NCBI GenBank assembly: GCA_001767075.1
Contig: MEKX01000173.1
Span: forward strand, 2,845 to 66,844
Direction: 5' to 3'
Length of the DNA: 64,000 nt
Origin: Acidobacteria bacterium RIFCSPLOWO2_12_FULL_54_10
GTDB lineage: Bacteria > Acidobacteriota > Terriglobia > 2-12-FULL-54-10
This document shows positions 1 to 9,318 of the stretch, piece after piece. Position numbers and translations under genes: made by a program. Positions within the stretch are counted from its first letter, which is position 1. Every line of letters begins with the position of its first letter. The notes under the pieces are model-generated. The model was not told the DNA's origin, made no database searches, and saw only the letters and a program-made list of their open reading frames with translations.

Positions 1-585
1 AAGCAAATCCACTCCCAGTCCGGTTACATCCACAGGAATTTTCCCCGTGCTCTGCACGGCATCGCTGTGGAACAGCACACCAGCCTCGCGCGCAATCGCC
101 GCAATATCTTTCACTGGCTGCACAGCCCCCGTCTCGTTGTTCGCGTGCATGATCGAAATCAGCACGGTCTCCGGCCGCAATGCCTTGCGAACTTCGTCCG
201 GTTCCACAAAACCGTCCGCGCTGACCGGTACATACGTTACCTCGACTCCCTCGCGCTCCAGCGCCTGGCAGGGTCGCAACACGGCGTGGTGCTCAATAAC
301 CGACGTAATAACGTGCTTGCGAGCTTTCCCACTCTCCCGCACCGCGCCCAGTATGGCTATATTGTTTGACTCCGTGCCGCCGCTCGTAAATACAATTTCA
401 TTCGGCTCGCAGTGAACCAGCGCAGCCACCTGCGCCCGCGCCTTTTCTACTGCCGCTCTGGCTCGCTGGCCCGGACGGTGGATGCTGGCTGCATTGCCGT
501 AATCCTGCCGCATGTAAGGCAGCATTTCTTCCAACGCTTCCGGCGCCAGTGGCGTGGTCGCGTTATGGTCAAAATAGAGGCTCAT
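1..585 (-). CDS. cysteine desulfurase (NifS/IscS-type, class V aminotransferase), N-terminal 195 codons; gene continues beyond the left edge
   Basis: Absent from the ORF track because it is open to the window edge. Reverse complement from CAT at 583-585 reads MSLYFDHNATTPLAPEALEEMLPYMRQDYGNAASIHRPGQRARAAVEKARAQVAALVHCEPNEIVFTSGGTESNN..., a canonical NifS/IscS N-terminus. The + strand ORFs 47..415 and 67..369 are antisense shadows. Confidence 0.85.
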   Translation of the reverse strand, partial: MSLYFDHNATTPLAPEALEEMLPYMRQDYGNAASIHRPGQRARAAVEKARAQVAALVHCEPNEIVFTSGGTESNNIAILGAVRESGKARKHVITSVIEHHAVLRPCQALEREGVEVTYVPVSADGFVEPDEVRKALRPETVLISIMHANNETGAVQPVKDIAAIAREAGVLFHSDAVQSTGKIPVDVTGLGVDLL

Positions 586-725
586 TGTGTTCCATTCCAG
601 CCCGCCGCAGGGGAAATCCAAGAAGATGAAAAAAAGAGGGATCGAACAACCCCTATAATTATACATTAAGCTGTGCAGCAGCCCGGCACTGAGCCGACCC
701 ACCTCCACGGCTCTCTGCGCGAACC

Positions 726-2351
726 TTGATAAAGGAAACAACGGCTAACCAGGTGCCCAACTCATCCGCGCCGCATTCCTCTGATTATTCCAGCGCGACA
801 CATCGTCGCAACATTTTCCTTAAATCAGCGGCGATTGTTTCCGCCAGCGTTCTTCTCAGCCGCGTCTTGGGATTTTTCCGCGAATGGGCCATCGCCGACC
901 AGGTCGGCTCAAACGCCATCACGGATGCCTATTATGCCGCTTTCACGATTCCTGACATCCTGAACTACCTTTTGGCTGGAGGCGCGCTCAGCATCACCTT
1001 CGTCCCGGTTTTTCTTGAATACTTCACCTCGAAACGCGAGGAGGAAGGCTGGCGCGTATTTTCGGTTGTCCTCAGCGCCTTGTCCGTTCTTTTGCTCTTC
1101 CTGCTGGTTCTGGCGGAGATTTTCGCCCCCGTCTTTTGCCGCTGGCTTGCTCCGGGATTCAATGAAGAGCAGCTCCGCCTGGTCACCACCCTGACGCGCA
1201 TCATGCTTCCCGCCCAGGCGTTTTTCTTTATCGGCGGCATACTCACCGCCGTGCAGTACGCGCAAGGCCGCTTCCTGATCCCTTCGCTGGCTCCTCTCAT
1301 TTACAACGGCATGATCATCGCCTTCGGCATGTTGTTTTCCAGCCGCTGGGGAATTCAAGCCTTTTCCTGGGGCGTTCTAGCGGGGTCCTTGCTCGGCAAT
1401 TGTTTGTTGCAGGTCTACGGTGCCGCAAAATTGAATGCGCGCTTCCGATTTTCTCTCAACCTGCGCCACCCGGGGTTCCGTCGTTTTAGCAAACTGAGCT
1501 TGCCCATCATGCTGGGTTTTTCTTTCATTTTCGTGGACGACTGGGTCATCCGCTGGTGCGGCTCTTTCCTGGTGCCTGCTTCGATTACCTGGCTCGGCTA
1601 TGGCAAGACATTGATGCGCGTCGTCGTTGCTGTCTTCGGTCAGGCTGCTGGCGTTGCTTCTTATCCCATCCTGTCCCGTTTGGCGGCGGAAAAAAAATGG
1701 CCCGAAATGCGGGACAGCCTGGAAGAATCCCTGCGCCACGTCATTCTGGCCACTCTCCCGGTTTCCGTGCTGATGGCGATCCTCAGCCGCCCGATCGTAT
1801 TTCTGTTATTTTCACGCACTCGATTGGAAATTCACGACATTGAGCAAACTTCGCTGGCGATGATGATTTTCCTGCTTGGAGCCGTGGCCTGGGGCGTGCA
1901 AGGAATTTTAGGTCGCGGGTTTTACGCCCTCGGCAATACGCTCACGCCAACTCTGGTGGGCACCGGACTTGCACTTGTTTGGCTCCCTGTTTACTGGTGG
2001 CTGGCGCAAACCTACCAGCACCTCGGCCTGGCGGCGGCCAGCACACTCGGCATTATTGTCTACGCTGTTGTGCTTCTTTTGCTTCTTTACAAGCGTTTGG
2101 GTCTTTCGCACTCTGCCATTAGTCTGTACTTTCTCCGTACGCTTGCGTGCAGCATGTTGTCTGCAATAGTCACACTTGTTATTCTCCGGCAATTGGATAA
2201 GTACATTTCCTGGCTGAGCATGAAAGGCTCCTTCTTATTAGCCGCTATTGTTGGCTGTTTATTTGTGGCGCTATTTGCGCTTTCTGCTCCGTGGATGGGT
2301 TTAGGCTCCTGGCATCAACTGCGAGCGGCTGTAACGGGGAAGAAAGGGTAA
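726..2351 (+). CDS. murJ: lipid II flippase MurJ (MviN family)
   Basis: 541 aa polytopic membrane protein. N-terminal LSRVLGFFREWAIADQVGSNAITDAYYAAFTIPD and overall length/TM pattern are typical of MurJ. TTG start at 726, so the start is uncertain. Confidence 0.85.
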   Translation: MIKETTANQVPNSSAPHSSDYSSATHRRNIFLKSAAIVSASVLLSRVLGFFREWAIADQVGSNAITDAYYAAFTIPDILNYLLAGGALSITFVPVFLEYFTSKREEEGWRVFSVVLSALSVLLLFLLVLAEIFAPVFCRWLAPGFNEEQLRLVTTLTRIMLPAQAFFFIGGILTAVQYAQGRFLIPSLAPLIYNGMIIAFGMLFSSRWGIQAFSWGVLAGSLLGNCLLQVYGAAKLNARFRFSLNLRHPGFRRFSKLSLPIMLGFSFIFVDDWVIRWCGSFLVPASITWLGYGKTLMRVVVAVFGQAAGVASYPILSRLAAEKKWPEMRDSLEESLRHVILATLPVSVLMAILSRPIVFLLFSRTRLEIHDIEQTSLAMMIFLLGAVAWGVQGILGRGFYALGNTLTPTLVGTGLALVWLPVYWWLAQTYQHLGLAAASTLGIIVYAVVLLLLLYKRLGLSHSAISLYFLRTLACSMLSAIVTLVILRQLDKYISWLSMKGSFLLAAIVGCLFVALFALSAPWMGLGSWHQLRAAVTGKKG

Positions 2352-2354
2352 CGA

Positions 2355-4343
2355 ATGGAATTTCTCCGAGAGCTGATCGTCATATTCGCTTTGGCCGTTG
2401 GTGTCGTCGTAGTTTTCAACCACCTCCGCCTGCCCGCGATCATCGGCTATCTGGTCGCTGGAGCCCTGGCTGGACCCCACGGATTTGGATTAGTGCAAGA
2501 GTCCGAGCAAGTCAAAGTGATGGCTGAAATCGGCGTCGCTCTGCTCCTGTTCACCATCGGCATGGAACTTTCCTTGTCCTATCTTTCTCGCCTTAAAAAA
2601 CTTTTATTCCTCGGCGGCGGTCTCCAAGTAGGTTTGACCATAGTTGCCACCGCTATCGTAGGCTTGGCTTTTTTATTCCCCATCCGCCAGGCTATTTTCC
2701 TCGGCATGCTGGTCGCGCTGAGCAGTACCGCTATTGTTCTCAAACTGCTCGCTGAGCGTGGTGAAATGGACAGTCCGCAAGGAGAAACCGCGCTGGCCAT
2801 CCTGATTTTCCAGGACCTCTGCGTGGTTCCCATGACGCTGTTAACTCCGTTTCTTTCTGGTGAAACGCTGCTCTTCTCCGAGGTGGCTTGGGTTTTCGGA
2901 AAGGCACTTATTGTGCTCGCCTTGGCGGTCATCGCCGCTCGATACGCGGTTCCCTGGGTTCTCAGTCAGGTGGTGGCCACGCGCAATCGTGAAGTGTTTC
3001 TACTGTCCATCATTTTGCTTTGCGTCGGTACGGCTTACCTGACGGCGGAAACCGGACTTTCTCTCGCGCTGGGCGCATTCATTGCTGGTTTGGTAATCTC
3101 TGAATCCGAATACAGCCATCAGGCCCTGGGCGATATCCTGCCATTTCGCCATGCTTTCAATGGAATCTTTTTTGTCTCCATCGGCATGTTATTTCAAAGC
3201 CATACCGTATTCGCCAACCCTGTTTTCACCATCCTGGGCGTGGTCGCTCTCATTCTTGGAAAAGCGGTGATTGCTTCCGGTGTTGTTCTGCTTCTCGGTT
3301 ATCCCTTTCGCGTCGCCTTTCTCACCGGTTTAGGACTGGGGCAGATTGGCGAGTTCTCCTTCGTGTTAGCTACAGTTGGATTGGCCTCTGGCATTATTTC
3401 CGACTTCCAGTTCCAGTTGTTTGTCGGCGCCGCTGTGCTATCGATGACCGCCACACCTTTTCTGTGGAATTGGGCAGATCCTTTCACCAGAGGTCTGACA
3501 ACGCGCTTTCACAGATGGAGAAATCCATTTGAAAAGAGATTGTTTACGAGGGTCTCTACATCCAAGCTGCGCGACCACGTCATCATCGTGGGTTTCGGTG
3601 TCAATGGAAAGAACCTGGCTCGCGTCATGCAGCGCGTTGAAATCCCATTCATTGTGGTTGAGATGAATCCGGAAATCGTCCGCTCCGAGAAAAAATCCGG
3701 CTTGCCGATTATTTACGGTGACGCTGCCAACCGTGAGGTCCTCAAAAAAGCCGGCATCGCTCGCGCGCGATTATTAGTACTGGCCATCTCCGACCCCACT
3801 GTGACGCGCCACGCCACCGACACCGCTCGCCGCTTTAACCCGGCTCTGCACATCATTGTCCGCACGCGCTATGTGCGCGAGATGGAATCGCTCTATGCTC
3901 TCGGCGCTAATGAGGTCGTCCCGGAAGAGTTTGAGACCTCTATCGAAATCTTCTCCCGCGTGCTTAAGAATTTCCTTGTGCCTAGGGATGTAGTCGAAAG
4001 CTCCATCCGCGAAATCCGCCAAGACGGCTACGACATGTTTCGCACCTGGCGCGATGCCCACAGGCCCGTGGACGCCATTCGAGAATTTGTGCGCGGCGTC
4101 GAAATTGAAATCTACCGCGTCGAGGAAGGCAGCCCGCTTATCGGTCATTCCCTGGCTGAAGCCGACCTTCGCAATAAAACCGGCGCGATGGTCCTGGCGA
4201 TACAAACCGATTCCGAGATGCAACCGAATCCTTCGTCATCTTTTGTGTTCACGGTCGGCAGCATCGTCCTGATGCTAGGCACGCCCAGACAATTGGTGAA
4301 AACTGCTTCCCTGTTCAAGCCCAAAGCTTCCGAGTCGAAATAA
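2355..4343 (+). CDS. CPA2 monovalent cation:proton antiporter with C-terminal RCK (TrkA-N/TrkA-C) domains (KefB/KefC-like)
   Basis: 662 aa. About 12 TM Na_H exchanger-like N-terminal half, then HVIIVGFGVNGKNLA Rossmann (TrkA-N) and a TrkA-C-like tail. ATG lies 3 nt after the murJ stop. Confidence 0.85.
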   Translation: MEFLRELIVIFALAVGVVVVFNHLRLPAIIGYLVAGALAGPHGFGLVQESEQVKVMAEIGVALLLFTIGMELSLSYLSRLKKLLFLGGGLQVGLTIVATAIVGLAFLFPIRQAIFLGMLVALSSTAIVLKLLAERGEMDSPQGETALAILIFQDLCVVPMTLLTPFLSGETLLFSEVAWVFGKALIVLALAVIAARYAVPWVLSQVVATRNREVFLLSIILLCVGTAYLTAETGLSLALGAFIAGLVISESEYSHQALGDILPFRHAFNGIFFVSIGMLFQSHTVFANPVFTILGVVALILGKAVIASGVVLLLGYPFRVAFLTGLGLGQIGEFSFVLATVGLASGIISDFQFQLFVGAAVLSMTATPFLWNWADPFTRGLTTRFHRWRNPFEKRLFTRVSTSKLRDHVIIVGFGVNGKNLARVMQRVEIPFIVVEMNPEIVRSEKKSGLPIIYGDAANREVLKKAGIARARLLVLAISDPTVTRHATDTARRFNPALHIIVRTRYVREMESLYALGANEVVPEEFETSIEIFSRVLKNFLVPRDVVESSIREIRQDGYDMFRTWRDAHRPVDAIREFVRGVEIEIYRVEEGSPLIGHSLAEADLRNKTGAMVLAIQTDSEMQPNPSSSFVFTVGSIVLMLGTPRQLVKTASLFKPKASESK

Positions 4344-4567
4344 GCTTTCTTGGAATTCTGCTGCAACGCAGGCTTGCTCGGTTCCTAAGATAATCAGAGA
4401 GGTTTTATTAAATCAGGGATTTGATAACTAAAAAATCGCTTCGCATTTGCAGTGTCACCACACCACATATTCGTTATACCCGGATTTTTGAATGAACAAC
4501 CGTGGATGAGGTTACGATTTAATCTTGGATTATTGGTCCAACTTGCGTTTACGAACTGGCCCCCATG

Positions 4568-5581
4568 CTAGCTTTTACATCCCGCTAGCTTTTCCAGTTC
4601 TTTCAGCTTTTGCGATTCACCCATCGCAATGAGGAAATCGCCCGGCGAAATTTTATCCTCAGGACCGGGATTGAAGAGTAAGTGCCCGTCCGCATGCCGG
4701 ATGGCTAGTATGATCACTCCCAGCATCTGGCGGATGTCGGCTTTAGCCAGGCTTTTACCAGACAATTCGCACTTGTCGCTTACTTCCACTTCCTCGATTT
4801 GCAAGTTCAGCCCGCCATTGCCGAACGACGACAGAGCGACATCAATAAAGTGATGAACATTCGGACTGGTTATCGTCCGTGCCATGCGCTGGCCGGCGTA
4901 GTTGTAAGGGGAGATAACGGTCGTGGCGCCGGCGGTCAACAGCTTCTTCTCGGCGTCATCCTCGCTGGCTCGGGCGACGATTGTCAGCTTGGGCGCCAGC
5001 CCGCGCGCGGTCAGGACAATATAAACGTTCTGCGCATCCGAAGTCACGGCACTGGCCAGTCCCCGCGCCTGATCAATATGCGCCTGCTTTAATATCTCTT
5101 CGCTGCTGGCATCACCCATTATGATGGGAATATTTTTACTCTTAGCCCATTGCACGCGCTTCGCTTCGTTATCGATGATGACTAGCGGCATCCCGCGGGC
5201 GGCCACCTCTTGTGCGATTCGCCGTCCCACGCGGCCCGCTCCGCAGATAATAATGTGATCGCGTAGTCCTGCTATCTCTTTTTCCATGCGCCGCCGCCCA
5301 AAAAACGTTCCAAGCTCCAATTCTATCACCGCCTGCGTAAGAGTCCCAATGGCGAAGCTCACAACGCAGATGCCCAGCAGAATGACGGTGGCGCTCACCG
5401 CCCGGCCTGGTGGAGACAGACCATTCAGCGGATCAGCGCCGGTGGTCGAGACCGACATCAGCGTGGCGTAGAAGGCGGTAAACCACGGTAATCCTTCGAT
5501 GTAGTGAAACCCGAATGTTCCTCCGATGAATAATGCCAGAATCAATCCGATGATCATCGCGGCGCGGGTCGGTTGTCTCAA
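4568..5581 (-). CDS. 2-TM ion channel with cytoplasmic RCK (TrkA-N + TrkA-C) domains, MthK-like; divergent selectivity filter
   Basis: 337 aa: TM1, pore helix, TM2, then HIIICGAGRVGRRIA Rossmann and a TrkA-C-like C-terminus. Filter region reads MSVSTTGADP instead of T-V-G-Y-G-D. TTG start at 5581; alternative ATG at 5557. Confidence 0.8.
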   Translation of the reverse strand: MRQPTRAAMIIGLILALFIGGTFGFHYIEGLPWFTAFYATLMSVSTTGADPLNGLSPPGRAVSATVILLGICVVSFAIGTLTQAVIELELGTFFGRRRMEKEIAGLRDHIIICGAGRVGRRIAQEVAARGMPLVIIDNEAKRVQWAKSKNIPIIMGDASSEEILKQAHIDQARGLASAVTSDAQNVYIVLTARGLAPKLTIVARASEDDAEKKLLTAGATTVISPYNYAGQRMARTITSPNVHHFIDVALSSFGNGGLNLQIEEVEVSDKCELSGKSLAKADIRQMLGVIILAIRHADGHLLFNPGPEDKISPGDFLIAMGESQKLKELEKLAGCKS

Positions 5582-5782
5582 GGAAAGTTTCCCGTCTCCA
5601 GTTAAGTAGTGAAAATTCTACGATAGCGCCCTCCCGTTGTCTAGCCAGCAGTCTTTGCCGTTCTCATGGCCTTACCTGCGACGAGGTTCCCTGGCTTGCG
5701 TTTTCGGAAGAATCCTTTCGCGTCGGAAAAAACGTTACAATAGAAATTCTTTTGCGCCGCTCATAGGAGGCTGTCTCGACCC

Positions 5783-6574
5783 ATGGATTTAGGACTCAGG
5801 AATCGCACTGCCCTAGTTTGCGGAGCCAGTTCCGGCCTTGGCAAGGCCATTGCCCTGGGCCTGGCGCGGGAGGGGTCTCGCATCGCCATCTGCGCCCGCA
5901 CTCCTGAAAAGCTCCACCGCGCCGCCGATGAAATTCGCAAAGTTACTAATACTGAAGTCCTGCCCATTGCTGCCGACGTCAGCGTTCCCAACCAAGCCAA
6001 GAGCTTGGTGGAGCAAACCGTCGCTCACTTCGGTGGCATTGACATTCTCATAGCCAACGCGGGCGGCCCGCCTTTCGGCCATTTCCTCGACCAGCCCGAA
6101 AAAGCCTGGCTAAAGGCCCTTGAACTGAATCTTCTCAGCACCGTGCATCTTTGCCGGGCCGTTGTGCCGCACATGCAATCCGCTCGCTGGGGCCGCATCA
6201 TTGCTATCGCCTCGTTCGTGGCCAAGCAGCCTTTGGACGGTTTGATTCTCTCCAACATGTCGCGCGCAGGTGTGCTCGGATTCATGAAATCCCTGGCCAA
6301 CGAGCTGGGCCTTTCCAACATTCTCGTCAATACGGTCTGCCCCGGCACCATCGAAACCGAGCGCCTCATGGCATTGCTGCAACGCCAGGCCGAACAAGCG
6401 GGTTTGTCTCTCGAAGACCATATGCGGAATCAATCCAAAGCTATCCCTTTGCAAAGGAATGGCCGCCCGGAGGAGCTGGCGAATCTCGTGGTTTTCCTCG
6501 CCTCGGAGAAAGCCTCCTACATCACAGGCTCCGTCCTGCAGGTGGATGGCGGCCTCATCCGGTCTTTGTATTAG
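5783..6574 (+). CDS. short-chain dehydrogenase/reductase family protein (FabG-like, atypical catalytic residues)
   Basis: 263 aa. CGASSGLGKAIA glycine-rich loop and ANAG motif. At the position of the catalytic YxxxK it reads S-N-M-S-R, as in the known BKR-like atypical SDR subgroup (from memory). Confidence 0.8.
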   Translation: MDLGLRNRTALVCGASSGLGKAIALGLAREGSRIAICARTPEKLHRAADEIRKVTNTEVLPIAADVSVPNQAKSLVEQTVAHFGGIDILIANAGGPPFGHFLDQPEKAWLKALELNLLSTVHLCRAVVPHMQSARWGRIIAIASFVAKQPLDGLILSNMSRAGVLGFMKSLANELGLSNILVNTVCPGTIETERLMALLQRQAEQAGLSLEDHMRNQSKAIPLQRNGRPEELANLVVFLASEKASYITGSVLQVDGGLIRSLY

Positions 6575-6622
6575 CTCGGCGGTGTCTTGGAATTGCGCTG
6601 TCCCGAAAGGATTAACTTGTCC

Positions 6623-7087
6623 ATGTCTGTCGAAGAAAAATTGCGCCAACTGGGCCTGGAACTTCCTTCCCCGCCCGCACCCGTTGCCGCTTATCTGCCA
6701 TGCGTGCGCACCGGCAACTTATTATTTATTTCCGGCCAGATTCCCAAAGAAAAAGGTGAGTTGAAATTCCTGGGCCACCTCGGCGGCAACCTCACCCTCG
6801 AAGACGGCGTGCAAGCCGCCCGTTTGTGCGCCTTGAACGCTCTGAGCATCGTGCGGCAGGAGACCGGCGACTTCAGCAAAGTTCGCCGCATCGTCAAATT
6901 AACCGGCTATGTCGCTAGCGCCCCTGGTTTTCACGACCAGCCGAAAGTTGTCGATGGCGCTTCGCAACTCCTCGTCGAGCTTTTCGGCGACCGGGGCAAG
7001 CATGCTCGCGCCGCCGTGGGCGTCAACGAACTGCCGCTCGGCGTAGCCGTCGAACTGGATATGATCGTCGAAGTGGACGCTGGCTAA
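6623..7087 (+). CDS. RidA/YjgF/UK114 family protein (reactive intermediate deaminase-like)
   Basis: [41 protein letters not shown]...[24 protein letters not shown] matches the RidA fold family. Internal ATG 6623 is preferred over the ORF-track start 6587. Confidence 0.8.
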   Translation: MSVEEKLRQLGLELPSPPAPVAAYLPCVRTGNLLFISGQIPKEKGELKFLGHLGGNLTLEDGVQAARLCALNALSIVRQETGDFSKVRRIVKLTGYVASAPGFHDQPKVVDGASQLLVELFGDRGKHARAAVGVNELPLGVAVELDMIVEVDAG

Positions 7088-7206
7088 TTCGGCGCAACAA
7101 TTTGGTTACTATTGCCGACCCTAGTAGTGCTGGCAGACAAACCAATTTATACTTACTATAGTAGCAGCCCCCCTCGCTATAAACTGTACCGGAGGTTTTG
7201 CCGCCC

Positions 7207-9264
7207 ATGAACTCACCTGCGCGCTACTCAGTCTACCAGCTTTGGTTCTGGCTTTGGCTGCTCCTGGTCGCATTCTTACTGCCTTTCTCAGTTCATGCTC
7301 AAACGATCTCATGGCTGCGGCAGTTTGGCACTTCTGGCTCGGAATTCGGCTATGACATTGCAACTACCTCCGATGCCGTTTACGTTGCTGGCTCCACCGC
7401 CGGTTCCCTGCCGGGGCAGACCGGCCTGGGACTGGCTGATGCCTTTCTGCGCAGGTATGACGCTGACGGCAACCTAATTTGGACCCAGCAGTTCGGCACC
7501 TCCTCCACGGATCATATTTACGCAATTGCCGCTAATTCCAGCGGCATCTATGTTGCCGGCAGAACCGGTGGCAGCCTTCCCGGGGCAACCAGTGCCGGAG
7601 GTTCCGATGCCTTTGTTCGCAAGTACGACTCCCTCGGTGTGGTGATTTGGACCCGCCAGTTCGGCACTTCTAGTAACGATCAAGCCAACGGCATCGCCGT
7701 GGATGGCACAGGCGTGTATGTCGCCGGTCATACGGCTGGCGCATTCCCTGGTCAAACCAACGCCGGTGACGATGACGTTTTCATCCGCAAGTACGATCTG
7801 AACGGTGCGGAGCTTTGGACGCGGCAGTTCGGCTCCGACCTCGTCGACATAGGCAACGATGTTGCCGTGGACAGCGCTGGTGTCACCGTCGTCGGCGTCG
7901 CTGGCGGTGTGATGCCGGGCCAATCTTCCTCTGGAGATGATGATATTTTTCTTCGCAGATACGACATCAATGGCACGGAGATATGGACCAGCCAGTTTGG
8001 CACTTCCGGCTCTGACGGAGCTTTGGGTGCCACCGCCGGCTCCAGCGGCATTTATGTGGGCGGATGGGTTGCTAGGGCTCTCTCCGGACAAACAGCCTCT
8101 GGGAGTGATGACATCTTTGTTCGTAAATACGACTCTAGCGGCACAGTCGTGTGGACTCGCCAGTTCGGCACCAGCGGCTTTGACGGCGCCTCTTCTTTGA
8201 GCGTAGGCACAGCCGAGCTTTATGTAGGCGGGTGGGTCGCTGGCGCGCTTCCTGGACAAACTGCAGCAGGCCAAGACGACATCTTCGTTCGGAAATACGA
8301 TCTCAATGGAACCGCAATCTGGGAAACCCAATTCGGATCTTCCAGCGGTGACCAAGCGCAAGCTGTTGCCGAACTGGGCACCAGCGTCTTCGTCGCCGGC
8401 GTCACGTCAGGATCTCTGCCATCTCAATCTGCATCTGGCGGTTTCGATGCCTTCGCGGCCCGGCTGTCTCCCTCTGTCACTCCGCCGCCACCGCCGCCGC
8501 CACCACCACCGCCGAACCTTCCCACGGTCAATTCCGGCGGCGTCGTGAATAGCGCCAGCTACATCTCTGCAAGCACTACTGTCGCTCCCGGTTCCATCGC
8601 TGTCATTTTCGGCTCGAATCTCACCGACGGGAATACCTGCTTCCAGTTCCAAGGGTGCAATCCGAAACTCGATGCGAACGGCAAGCTGGAAACAACCATG
8701 ATCGGAACCCAGGTAAGTATCAATGGCGTTCCCGTGCCGATATTCTATGCCTCACCGCTACAACTTGCCGTTCAGATTCCCGTCGATACCGTTACCGGGA
8801 CTTCCACCATCCAGGTCAGCGTAAATGGTCAGGAAGGACCGCAACAGACTTTTGAGGTGGAAGCCGTGGCTCCAGGGGTTTTCACCTTCGACTCATCGGG
8901 GACTGGCCCCGGTGCCATCACTAACGCAGCGGGCGTCCCGCTCACCACTGGAAATTCTGTTCGCAGTGGCGAGTTTATTGTCATTTACGCCACCGGCTTA
9001 GGTACTGTCACACCCCCCATTGATACAGGCGTTCTGCCACAAAATACAGGCATCGGGCCGCATCGCTCCGCCGCGCCGGTCACGGTGCTGATTGACGGCA
9101 TTTCCGTAGAGCCGACTTATGCCGGCCTTGCCGGATGCTGCGCTGGTTTGAATCAGATCAACGTGCGAGTGCCTGCGGGAACCCGCATTGCCAATGACAT
9201 TCCCGTCCGGTTGGTCATCAGCAATAAGCAAAGCAACATCACCACTTTAGCGGTTGCCCCCTGA
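7207..9264 (+). CDS. secreted seven-repeat beta-propeller protein with poly-proline linker and Solibacter-type C-terminal domain (TIGR03437-like)
   Basis: Signal peptide LWLLLVAFLLPFSVHAQ. Seven ~56-aa repeats (W[TL]xQFGTS..D.a..iA.d..GvYVAG.T.G.lPGQt..G..DaFvRKYD..G..i), then a P11 run. C-terminal NSASY...PGSIAVIFGSNL...YAGLAGCCAGLNQINVRVP...LAVAP. GGAGG sits 11 nt before ATG 7207. Confidence 0.8.
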   Translation: MNSPARYSVYQLWFWLWLLLVAFLLPFSVHAQTISWLRQFGTSGSEFGYDIATTSDAVYVAGSTAGSLPGQTGLGLADAFLRRYDADGNLIWTQQFGTSSTDHIYAIAANSSGIYVAGRTGGSLPGATSAGGSDAFVRKYDSLGVVIWTRQFGTSSNDQANGIAVDGTGVYVAGHTAGAFPGQTNAGDDDVFIRKYDLNGAELWTRQFGSDLVDIGNDVAVDSAGVTVVGVAGGVMPGQSSSGDDDIFLRRYDINGTEIWTSQFGTSGSDGALGATAGSSGIYVGGWVARALSGQTASGSDDIFVRKYDSSGTVVWTRQFGTSGFDGASSLSVGTAELYVGGWVAGALPGQTAAGQDDIFVRKYDLNGTAIWETQFGSSSGDQAQAVAELGTSVFVAGVTSGSLPSQSASGGFDAFAARLSPSVTPPPPPPPPPPPNLPTVNSGGVVNSASYISASTTVAPGSIAVIFGSNLTDGNTCFQFQGCNPKLDANGKLETTMIGTQVSINGVPVPIFYASPLQLAVQIPVDTVTGTSTIQVSVNGQEGPQQTFEVEAVAPGVFTFDSSGTGPGAITNAAGVPLTTGNSVRSGEFIVIYATGLGTVTPPIDTGVLPQNTGIGPHRSAAPVTVLIDGISVEPTYAGLAGCCAGLNQINVRVPAGTRIANDIPVRLVISNKQSNITTLAVAP

Positions 9265-9318
9265 AGCTTATTCAGAGGCAACCCTATTCGTGCAATGTAT
9301 GTGTTGTAAATTTACTGC

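Noticed and set aside
7474-8361. 295-aa - strand ORF, with other ORFs of 60-100 aa, inside 7207..9264
   Set aside because: It is antisense to the repeat-rich propeller gene, and the repeat periodicity keeps alternative frames open. No start context or motifs.
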